Source: Oceanobacter kriegii DSM 6294 (lineage in GTDB: Bacteria > Pseudomonadota > Gammaproteobacteria > Pseudomonadales > Oceanobacteraceae). Taken from it: 32,000 bases of DNA. The position numbers and the translations under genes were made by a program. Below the pieces are notes generated by a model. That model did no database searches. It saw only the letters and a list, made by a program, of their open reading frames with translations, and was not told the DNA's origin. Below are positions 24,875-32,000 of this stretch, in pieces. The stretch covers positions 531,366-563,365 of the forward strand of contig NZ_KE383931.1 of the NCBI RefSeq assembly GCF_000422845.1, in the 5' to 3' direction. The stretch's first letter is position 1, and each line of letters starts with the position of its first letter.

Positions 24875-25702
24875 TTATTCGAAGCCCAGCAGTTCCGCGG
24901 CATTTTGCCAAAAGTATTTGTGGCGCAGCTGGGGATCGGGGAATTGCTGTTCGGCCAACGCCAGCAAGGTGCCGTAATCCAGTCTTTGGCGGGCTTTCAG
25001 AAATGGCCAGTCAGAGCCCCAAATCAGTTTGTTTTCTCCAAAGGCCTGTTTGATCTCTTGTACCCAGGGAGTAACGTCATTGAAAGGCAGTGCCTGCTGA
25101 GAGAACTTATCGAAGCCCGATACCTTGATCCAGGCACGGCCGGTATTTGCCATGTTCAGCACGGTCTGAAAGCCGTGTGCTTTTGTACCTTCATCAAGCA
25201 CCGGTCGCCCGCAATGATCGATCAACAATTTCGCACCACTGTGGCGAAAGGTGTCCTCCAGCGCCAGCAGCTGTGCTCCCTCTGTTTGAAACTGCGCCAC
25301 CATATCCAGTTGGGCAATGTTATCGAGCAATGCATCACAGTTAGCAAAGTGCTCCACGCCATAAAAGGCAATGTTAAAAGTAACGCCAGCGATGCCTTGT
25401 TCGGCCAGTTCCTGTAGCTGCGACAAGGATGTATCCATTCCAACAACCGCCATGCCTTTACAACGACCGTTAGAGCGAGCAATGCCATCCAGCAAAGCCC
25501 TGTTATCATTCTCTCCGTATGCGGAGTTAGGACCCACTATCAAGGCATGGCTTACACCGTAGGTGTCCAGGACCTGATAAAAGGTGTCGGCGCTGGCAAT
25601 TTCAGCACCTTGCGGGTGATAGACATTTGGCTGAAAGGGAAACCGCAGCGGGTCGAAAATATGGTTGTGGCAGTCGATCTTACGTTCGCTGAATACAGAC
25701 AT
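24875..25702 (-). CDS. Amidohydrolase-2 family metal-dependent hydrolase (LigI/ACMSD-like fold)
   Basis: The sequence shows IDCHNHIF at the N-terminus, LLIDHCGRP, and IWGSDWPF near the C-terminus. ATG 25702 (MSVFSERKIDCHNH) is preferred over the track start 25738. Confidence 0.8.
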   Translation of the reverse strand: MSVFSERKIDCHNHIFDPLRFPFQPNVYHPQGAEIASADTFYQVLDTYGVSHALIVGPNSAYGENDNRALLDGIARSNGRCKGMAVVGMDTSLSQLQELAEQGIAGVTFNIAFYGVEHFANCDALLDNIAQLDMVAQFQTEGAQLLALEDTFRHSGAKLLIDHCGRPVLDEGTKAHGFQTVLNMANTGRAWIKVSGFDKFSQQALPFNDVTPWVQEIKQAFGENKLIWGSDWPFLKARQRLDYGTLLALAEQQFPDPQLRHKYFWQNAAELLGFE

Positions 25703-25825
25703 GGGGATCTCTGGTCGTTGAATGGCCAGTCCCCACATTAGCTATCATGTAGCCCTGTAACCAGTTGGTTTCGTGCCCATAGCCATGCAAAACCCGCACA
25801 GCCCGGCACGCAAGAAGCAGCCTGA

Positions 25826-26068
25826 CTACTTCTGAAACCCGTACAGTTGGCCGGGGTAAAAGCGTTCGTCCACTTGCTGACCGTCGATAAACAATCCAAT
25901 CAGCAAGTTGGAAAAACTCTCTATAATGGCTTTGCCTTGGTTGTCGGTGTATACCGCTGGCAGCAATCGACGGTGGCCGTCCATGTAGATGCCTTCCAGT
26001 GAAACATGCTGAATGCCGTTTCCTTGTGCGTCCATAATGTGAAAATAGAAGGCGTGCTCTGGCAGCAT
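25826..26068 (-). CDS. Small hypothetical protein (80 aa)
   Basis: GGAG lies 8 nt upstream of the ATG. The composition is protein-like, unlike the overlapping Arg-rich ORF 25680..26123. It is co-directional with the amidohydrolase gene. Confidence 0.45.
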   Translation of the reverse strand: MLPEHAFYFHIMDAQGNGIQHVSLEGIYMDGHRRLLPAVYTDNQGKAIIESFSNLLIGLFIDGQQVDERFYPGQLYGFQK

Positions 26069-26195
26069 GGGCCTCGCTCCATGTGTTGATAAATGAATAA
26101 TTATCAGTTGAATTAAAGACCAAAAATTACCATTCAGCAGCGCACTTATGCTGTAAACACCGGTCTACGGAGACCCACATCAAGCTTTGTTGATC

Positions 26196-26810
26196 ATGCC
26201 CTTGTCACGCGCAAAACATTTAAGTCGTATTTTTCTGGCCACCACGGCTGCTGCTACCAGTCTGGCGCCGGACATGGCGTTTGCTGCCTGCGACCCCACC
26301 AGCCGTAGCCTCTGGAAAAGTGCTTACGTTAACGGCGGCATCTTGCTGCGCGATGGCGAACTGCGCGACGTCGATCTTTATAACCTGTCGATTGGAGCCA
26401 AGCACACCGCCTGGTGTGTCAGCCAGGATTGGGAAGCGTCGCTGGCAGGCAAGGTGTATTACTCCCAGCGGGAAGTCCGACTGGAGAGCGCGCGTATTCG
26501 AAGCCAGGTGATGGGGTTTGGCCTGGCGCGGATGTCGTACGACAACTGGACCCAAACCGATGGTTTTACCCCTTACGGCGTGCTGAATCTGGAAAAGAGC
26601 AACATCAAGCGCAGCAACGATGAGGGCACCCAAACCCGCGATCACTCCAGTGTGTTTGTGTGGGGCATTGGTATTGAACAAACCCTTGGCCCAGAGGATT
26701 CCATCACTCTGGATTTGTCGCGCCGCTTCAAGTTCGACAAGATTGCCAGCGACCGGCTCAGCGACGAAATCGTGCTGACGCTGAAATTCAACTTTCTGCG
26801 ATTGCTCTGA
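26196..26810 (+). CDS. Secreted, possibly outer-membrane beta-barrel-like hypothetical protein
   Basis: The signal peptide is MPLSRAKHLSRIFLATTAAATSLAPDMAFA|AC. Alternating-hydrophobicity strands are visible, with an aromatic-rich C-terminus (LTLKFNF). The track start is TTG 26187. No good SD is visible. Confidence 0.5.
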   Translation: MPLSRAKHLSRIFLATTAAATSLAPDMAFAACDPTSRSLWKSAYVNGGILLRDGELRDVDLYNLSIGAKHTAWCVSQDWEASLAGKVYYSQREVRLESARIRSQVMGFGLARMSYDNWTQTDGFTPYGVLNLEKSNIKRSNDEGTQTRDHSSVFVWGIGIEQTLGPEDSITLDLSRRFKFDKIASDRLSDEIVLTLKFNFLRLL

Positions 26811-26948
26811 GCCCAGCGCAAGTTTTCAGGGTTATCTTGCTCGAACGGTCATCGACTTTTCTGATACATTACCGGGGCGTTATATAGCGTCTGTTTTTCT
26901 TTGTTATCGCCCCGACAAACTGCTCTGTAGAGCTTTCAGGATTTAACG

Positions 26949-28838
26949 TTGAACCGTACCGAACAAGCGTCCACTCCGGGCACGACGCCCTTCGCCACCC
27001 CGGCTGCCCTGCTCAAACATTTTGGTCAACACGCCCGTCGAGAGAACACGCTTTCTACCCTGCTCGGCATGGTACAAGTGGTGATGACCATTGCGCTGGC
27101 ATGGCAGGTTGCAGGCATGTTGGATGCCGCCATTTACCACCCAACTAGCCAACCCAATGTCCATCCCGACAACGAGCCCAGCAATCAGTTACCGGGCACA
27201 CTGGATTGGTTGATACTGGCCACCACCCTGATCCTTCGCGTACTGGCGGCCAATGCGCAGCAACGGGTGGGTAACCGCGCCAGCATCAAGGCTCGGGATG
27301 CCTTGCGACGCTTTGCTCTGCAACGTTGCTTTCGCTTGAATATTCGTTTGTTCCCGGCCTTCAACAGCGCAGAAGCTAGCAACCTGCTAACCACCGAGAT
27401 CGACAAGCAGCGGGGCTATTTTGCCGACTTTGTGGCGCAGAAAAATCTCGCTGTGCTGATGCCGCTGGCCATCATTATTGCCTCCGCCACCGTCAGCTGG
27501 CTGGTGCCGATTATCTTTTTGCTCACTGCGCCTCTGGTGCCCATTTTTATGGTTCTGGTCGGCTCACGGGCCGCTGAGATCAGCCGGGTGAACATTCAAC
27601 AGCTCAATCGTTTGGGCGACCTACTGTCCGATCGCCTGAAGAACCTTCAGGCGCTTCAATTGGCCAACGCCACCGATGCCGAAAGCAACCAGCTGTTTAA
27701 GCAGTCCGAACAGTTTCGGCGATCCACCATGAAGGTGCTACGCCTGTCGTTTTTGTCCGGCACCTTGCTGGAGTTTTTCAGCGCCATCAGCGTGGCCATT
27801 GTCGCCGTGTATTTGGGTCTGTTTTTCCTGAACAAGTACGATTTTGGCGCCTATGCCAGTGGCTACGGAATGTTCGAAGGTGTTTTCCTGCTGATGCTGG
27901 CCCCTGAGTTTTATATGCCGCTGCGCAAGATGGGCGCTTTGTATCACGACCGTATGGACGCCATGAGCGTGGCCGAGCACCTGCAAAAGCTGGATGCGCT
28001 GTATCACGCAGAAACCAGCCCAGAAACTGGTACAGCAACCGGTGTAGAAAACCAGACAGGGCCAGAAACCAACACTCACAGCACCAACTCTGGCAATGCA
28101 AACAACACCGTAACGTCGTTGCACGTAGAGCTACTGCAAAGCGGCAGTCACAGTCATGCTGTTCATGCGCCGGTCAGTTTCCACCTGCACCCCGGCGACC
28201 GCCTGTTGTTGGACGGTGCCTCCGGCTCTGGCAAAACCACCCTGTTGGATACCCTCGCCGGTTTGCGACCTGCCCATTCGGGCAATGCTGTGGCTGTTAC
28301 TGGCAATACAGACGCCGACACCGATACAGGCCGCATCGATAACCTGTTCCAAAACCCACAGTGGTATTGCCATATTGGTTATCTGTCGCAAAAACCGGAG
28401 CTGTTGTTTGCCAGTATTCGCGACAACCTGACGCTGGGAGGCGATTTCACCGATGAGCATATTCGTAAGGCTTTGGACGATGCTCGCGCCCTCGATCTGG
28501 TGAACGCTTTACCAGGCCAGCTGGATTACCTGATCAGCGACAGCGGTGGCTATCTGTCAGGTGGTCAGGCACAGCGCATCGCCCTCGCACGGGTGTTTTT
28601 GCACCAGCCTGCGCTGTTGTTACTGGACGAGCCCACCGCCAATCTGGATCAGGACACCGCCAACGAATTTATGCAACGGCTCGATCAGTATTGCCAACAG
28701 GGCGGCATGCTGATCATGGCCAGCCACCGAGTCGCCGAGCAGGACTTCTTTAATCAGGTGATCGCCATGCAGCCGGCTGACAGTGCACTCTCCGCTTCCG
28801 CCTCTACCAGCCCTGCCGCAACCGGAGCACAGTCATGA
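26949..28838 (+). CDS. cydD: Thiol-reductant (cysteine/glutathione) ABC exporter subunit CydD
   Basis: TTG start, with AGGA 7 nt upstream. The block STMKVLRLSFLSGTLLEFFSAISVAIVAVY parallels E. coli CydD. Walker A is GASGSGKTT, the signature is LSGGQAQR, and Walker B is LLLLDEP. The stop forms an ATGA overlap with cydC. Confidence 0.88.
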   Translation: MNRTEQASTPGTTPFATPAALLKHFGQHARRENTLSTLLGMVQVVMTIALAWQVAGMLDAAIYHPTSQPNVHPDNEPSNQLPGTLDWLILATTLILRVLAANAQQRVGNRASIKARDALRRFALQRCFRLNIRLFPAFNSAEASNLLTTEIDKQRGYFADFVAQKNLAVLMPLAIIIASATVSWLVPIIFLLTAPLVPIFMVLVGSRAAEISRVNIQQLNRLGDLLSDRLKNLQALQLANATDAESNQLFKQSEQFRRSTMKVLRLSFLSGTLLEFFSAISVAIVAVYLGLFFLNKYDFGAYASGYGMFEGVFLLMLAPEFYMPLRKMGALYHDRMDAMSVAEHLQKLDALYHAETSPETGTATGVENQTGPETNTHSTNSGNANNTVTSLHVELLQSGSHSHAVHAPVSFHLHPGDRLLLDGASGSGKTTLLDTLAGLRPAHSGNAVAVTGNTDADTDTGRIDNLFQNPQWYCHIGYLSQKPELLFASIRDNLTLGGDFTDEHIRKALDDARALDLVNALPGQLDYLISDSGGYLSGGQAQRIALARVFLHQPALLLLDEPTANLDQDTANEFMQRLDQYCQQGGMLIMASHRVAEQDFFNQVIAMQPADSALSASASTSPAATGAQS

Positions 28839-30481
28839 ACAACTCGTTACGCTCCCACTATTTCCGTATCTTGCGGCAACAAAAAGGCATGGCACTGCTG
28901 GGCGTTTTCCTCGCCGTGGTCACCGCTTATGCCGGTGTCGCCTTGCTGGCGGTATCCGGCTGGTTTATCAGTGCGGCGGCCCTTGCCGGACTGAGCGCCG
29001 TGGCCGCACATCAGTTCGACTTTTTCTCCCCCGGTGCCATGGTGCGAGGGTTCTCGATCGCCCGTACCTTTGGCCGCTACGGCGAACGTCTGAGCAGCCA
29101 CGAAGCCACGTTTCGAGTAGTTTCCCACCTGCGCACGGATCTGTTTCGGTTTATCAGTCAGCAGCGCTGGCAGGAAACCCAGCTGAACCGCCACGACAGC
29201 GCCAGCCGTCTGATGCAGGATATTCAGCACATTGAATCCATCTATTTGTCGGCCTTACTGCCTGCCGTGGTTGCGCTGGCCACCACCCTGGGCTTTGTAA
29301 TCACGCTCTGGCTGGTCGTGCCGGATTCACTGGTATTGGCGCTGCCGTTGTTGTTGTTGGCCGTGGTCGTCATGCCATGGCTGTACAGCCGTGAAGTGCT
29401 GGCTTCACAGAATCAGCTGCACACCCAACGGGCCGAGCAATGGCAGCGTTCCAGTGCGTTGCTGAGCAACTTGCGCACGCTGACCCTGCATGGCCGTTTA
29501 CAGCAAACCGGCCAGCAACTGGTGGATCAGGGCCAGCAGGCCGATCAGCAGGAAGCCCGTACGGTAAATCTGCAACAAAGCCTGTTGCTGCTGGCGAACC
29601 TCAGCCTGATTGCACTGACGGTATGGGTGTTCTGGCAAGGGTTTTTGGCCTGGCAGGCTGGGGAATTGATTGCGGCCAATCTGTTTATGTTGCTGTTGCT
29701 GTCACTCGGAACTGCCGATGTACTGATCACCGCCAGCCCCGTTCTTGCGGCCTGGCAGCTGGGCATGAAAGCTCTGCAACGACTGGGGCAAGAGCCCGTT
29801 AAACGACACGACCAGCGCCTGTTTGGCCCGGCCAGCAGCCGTTTTGAATCGGATACCGCCAGGGCCTGTGTTCGGCTGCAAGCCATCAACTACCGCTATC
29901 CATCCACCAGCGAAACCCTGAACCCGCCAGTGTTTGAACAGTTCAGCCATGAATTCAAACAAGGCCAATGGTGCTGGATTACCGGCAGCAGCGGTCGTGG
30001 CAAAAGTACCCTGATTCATTTGCTGGCTGGTGAATTACAAGTTCAACGAGGGGTGATTGAGCTATTGGGTGTCGACGCCGAAGACATCGGCCTGATGCCA
30101 CAACGCATTGATATTCTGAAAGCACCACTGCGCGACAACCTCTGTCTGCATCAGAACGTCAGCGACGACGACATTTGGGCGGCACTGGCCATGGTTGAAC
30201 TGGATGACTGGGCGCGCCAACTTCCCAATGGGCTGGACACCTGGATGGGCGATGGTGAATGGCAACCTTCCGGTGGCGAAACCAAGCGCATTGGTCTGGC
30301 TCGGCTGATTCTGAGAGCACCGGCGATGGTACTGCTGGACGAGCCGGCCGCCGGTATGGATGCCGCCCTGGCAGCACGCATTTTTGCGCGACTGGCCTCG
30401 CACTGGCACAACCATTTGGTCATCGCCAACACCCATGACCAGGGCTTGATTCAGGACGGTCAACAGGTGCTGGAGTTGTAA
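28835..30481 (+). CDS. cydC: Thiol-reductant ABC exporter subunit CydC
   Basis: 548 aa with six TM segments plus an NBD. Walker A is GSSGRGKST, the signature is PSGGETKR, and Walker B is VLLDEP. GGAG lies 7 nt upstream of the ATG. Confidence 0.88.
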   Translation: MNNSLRSHYFRILRQQKGMALLGVFLAVVTAYAGVALLAVSGWFISAAALAGLSAVAAHQFDFFSPGAMVRGFSIARTFGRYGERLSSHEATFRVVSHLRTDLFRFISQQRWQETQLNRHDSASRLMQDIQHIESIYLSALLPAVVALATTLGFVITLWLVVPDSLVLALPLLLLAVVVMPWLYSREVLASQNQLHTQRAEQWQRSSALLSNLRTLTLHGRLQQTGQQLVDQGQQADQQEARTVNLQQSLLLLANLSLIALTVWVFWQGFLAWQAGELIAANLFMLLLLSLGTADVLITASPVLAAWQLGMKALQRLGQEPVKRHDQRLFGPASSRFESDTARACVRLQAINYRYPSTSETLNPPVFEQFSHEFKQGQWCWITGSSGRGKSTLIHLLAGELQVQRGVIELLGVDAEDIGLMPQRIDILKAPLRDNLCLHQNVSDDDIWAALAMVELDDWARQLPNGLDTWMGDGEWQPSGGETKRIGLARLILRAPAMVLLDEPAAGMDAALAARIFARLASHWHNHLVIANTHDQGLIQDGQQVLEL

Positions 30482-30512
30482 GACCTGCAGGAGCAAGTAA
30501 GAACGACGCTGT

Positions 30513-30806
30513 TTAATCCAACGCCGTACTCAAAGAGCGGGCTTCGCGCTTGCGGAGCCACAGCTCAACCGGCACAAAACCAAACGGAATCAGCGACGCA
30601 AAGAACACCATAATCAGGGCAAAGCCCGACCAACGATCCCGGCTCCCCGCAGCAACACAGCATACGCAGTACAACAAAAACAGCACGCCGTGGCCCATGC
30701 CCAGAGTGCTGACGTATTCACGGCTGATATAGCCCATCGTTACACTCAAAATCAGCAAATACGACAAGCCTTCCAACAGACTTACTACTCGGAACAGTCC
30801 AGACAT
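30513..30806 (-). CDS. DUF3817-type small integral membrane protein
   Basis: I prefer ATG 30806 (MSGLFRVVSLLEGLSYLLIL...GHGVLFLLY...), giving 97 aa, which is typical of the family. The upstream extension of track ORF 30513..30914 looks non-coding. Confidence 0.65.
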   Translation of the reverse strand: MSGLFRVVSLLEGLSYLLILSVTMGYISREYVSTLGMGHGVLFLLYCVCCVAAGSRDRWSGFALIMVFFASLIPFGFVPVELWLRKREARSLSTALD

Positions 30807-30950
30807 GGGGGATTTTTCTCTTATCACGGGTTTTATGCGGGGCATGGTGTGGAAAGCGGAGGAGGTTTGCAAGTCTGGCTCGTTCCCTGTGACAGACACC
30901 GGAGCAAGGTGCATTGATCAATCATGCATAAAACACGGGGCCTGAAACAA

Positions 30951-30976
30951 AGAAGCCCCGCACTGGCGGGGCTTCT
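30951..30976 (-). terminator. Rho-independent terminator after the lysine-rich small ORF
   Basis: AGAAGCCCCGC-actg-GCGGGGCTTCT forms an 11-bp stem. On the minus strand it is followed by TTGTTTC. Confidence 0.65.
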
Positions 30977-30990
30977 GACTGAGAACCGAA

Positions 30991-31119
30991 TCAGGCCGCT
31001 TTTTTCAGCTTCTTCTTCAGTGTTTTCAGCTTGGCTTCATGCTTGGCCACTTTCGCCTTGCGAGCCTTGATTGCTTTTTTCAGGCTAACAACTTTTTTGG
31101 ATTCTTTTTTCTTGGCCAT
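30991..31119 (-). CDS. Small lysine-rich helical protein (42 aa), not in the ORF track
   Basis: Hand translation: MAKKKESKKVVSLKKAIKARKAKVAKHEAKLKTLKKKLKKAA*. AGGAG lies 8 nt upstream of the ATG at 31119, and a strong terminator lies 15 nt after the stop. Confidence 0.55.
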   Translation of the reverse strand: MAKKKESKKVVSLKKAIKARKAKVAKHEAKLKTLKKKLKKAA

Positions 31120-31166
31120 GAGACATGCTCCTGTCAGTGAACTGACGGTAATGGGTTTTGGCATCT

Positions 31167-31373
31167 TCAGTCGTGCTGGTGATCCTTGATGAACTGGCGG
31201 ATAAAACGGCGAAGCTCCCGAGCGGCGGTGGTATCCAGCTCTTCACACAAAGAGATGAATTCGTCCCGCTCTTCTGAATGAATCCGAATCAGCAGCTGGG
31301 CGTCTTTCTTACCCTTACGTGCTTTTTTGTCATCACCCGAAGCCAATGCTGCCTGCTTTTTATCCGTGCTCAT
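31167..31373 (-). CDS. Ribbon-helix-helix (CopG/Arc-like) small DNA-binding protein
   Basis: I prefer ATG 31373 (MSTDKKQAAL...), giving 68 aa. The RHH pattern is a beta strand LLIRIHSEE, helix RDEFISLCEEL, and helix TTAARELRRFIRQFI. The track start 31436 is unlikely. Confidence 0.6.
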   Translation of the reverse strand: MSTDKKQAALASGDDKKARKGKKDAQLLIRIHSEERDEFISLCEELDTTAARELRRFIRQFIKDHQHD

Positions 31374-31503
31374 TCGGTACCTCTGCGCCCGAAGATATTT
31401 TAAGCATATACAACGTATATACTTTTTAAACCCCAATATGACAGAAATGTGTCATTTTTCGCAGATTACTGCAATCTGGCTCAAATGGTTTCTTTTTCGG
31501 CCA

Positions 31504-32000
31504 CTACTGGCCACCGTCCAGAATACGGTCGATCACCTGTTCAATGGCCGCTGGTGGTTGGGCGCCAGATACCAGAAACTTCTCGTTGAACACCATCGCA
31601 GGCACCGAGCGGATACCACGCTCTTGCCACAGTTGCTCTTCGTAACGAACATCGCCGGCGTAACGGTCACCGGCCAGCACCTCGGCGGCTTCGGTCGCGT
31701 CCAGGCCAACGTCTTCGGCTGCCTGTTGCAATATGGCGTGGTCACTGATGTTCTGGTTTTCAGTGAAATAGCGTTGGAACAGCAGATGCTTCAACAGCAG
31801 CGCCTTGTTGCCTTTCTCGGCTTTTTCAGAGGCTGACGCCCAATGAATCAAGCGGTGGGCATCGAAGGTATTCCACTTGCGACTATCAGCGCGAAAATCG
31901 AAGGTAAAACCCACATTAGCGCCACGTTCGGTGATGGTTTGCTGATTCTCTGCCACCTGTTCTTCGGTCATACCGTATTTCTTGCACAGGTAAGGAATCA
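31504..32000 (-). CDS. DsbA-family oxidoreductase (FrnE / 2-hydroxychromene-2-carboxylate isomerase-like), C-terminal part; N-terminus beyond window end
   Basis: Track ORF 31504..31971. The frame stays open to position 32000 (...IPYLCKKYGMTEEQV...). The C-terminal pattern reads GIRSVPAMVFNEKFLVSGAQP. Confidence 0.75.
   Translation of the reverse strand, partial: IPYLCKKYGMTEEQVAENQQTITERGANVGFTFDFRADSRKWNTFDAHRLIHWASASEKAEKGNKALLLKHLLFQRYFTENQNISDHAILQQAAEDVGLDATEAAEVLAGDRYAGDVRYEEQLWQERGIRSVPAMVFNEKFLVSGAQPPAAIEQVIDRILDGGQ

Noticed and set aside
25680-26123. 147-aa minus ORF overlapping both the amidohydrolase start and the 80-aa ORF
   Set aside because: The translation is Arg/His/Ser-rich and typical of an off-frame read. 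It conflicts with two better-supported ORFs.
1-32000. Scan for CRISPR arrays, tRNA/rRNA genes, IS elements, integrases and transposases
   Set aside because: I saw no regularly spaced repeats of 24-40 nt, no tRNA-like T-arm (GGTTCGAATCC-type) motifs near the islet edges, no rRNA-like sequence, and no ORF with integrase or transposase motifs.

Overview
All domain and family calls were made by eye from the translations, with no searches run. They are motif-level recognitions that need HMM or structure confirmation.

The window is a chromosomal segment from a gammaproteobacterium at roughly 55-63% GC. Gene content resembles marine Oceanospirillales or Pseudomonas, but the taxon cannot be determined here. 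Most of it is ordinary core genome.

- **1-2.1 kb:** a tetR-regulated RND/MMPL-type exporter on the minus strand. The exporter gene runs off the window start.
- **2.9-6.5 kb:** a long-form aconitase B and a typical 2-Cys peroxiredoxin.
- **6.7-13.5 kb:** a minus-strand dctP-dctQ-dctM TRAP transporter operon, followed by a DctB/DctD-type sigma-54 two-component pair.
- **13.9-20.8 kb:** a dCache-type chemoreceptor and the gcvT-gcvH-gcvP glycine-cleavage cluster.
- **24.3-32 kb:** a secreted hypothetical, an amidohydrolase, an outer-membrane-like hypothetical and cydDC. These are followed by a DUF3817 membrane protein, a 42-aa lysine-rich ORF that is absent from the ORF track, a small RHH protein, and a DsbA-family gene that runs off the window end.

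I found no rRNA, tRNA, CRISPR array, IS element or integrase.

The stand-out is a ~3.1 kb islet at 20.87-23.94 kb, directly 3' of gcvP, at about 30% GC by hand count. It holds a translationally coupled minus-strand operon of three genes:
- a signal-peptide/coiled-coil/TM protein,
- an ImmA/IrrE-type HEIGH metallopeptidase,
- a Beta_protein/sce7725-like protein.

This operon converges on, and overlaps by 52 bp, a sce7726-like PD-(D/E)xK nuclease gene. No HTH partner for the peptidase is present. I read the islet as a candidate, apparently undescribed defence, abortive-infection or toxin-antitoxin-like module, distantly reminiscent of the satellite P4 gop-beta-cII system.
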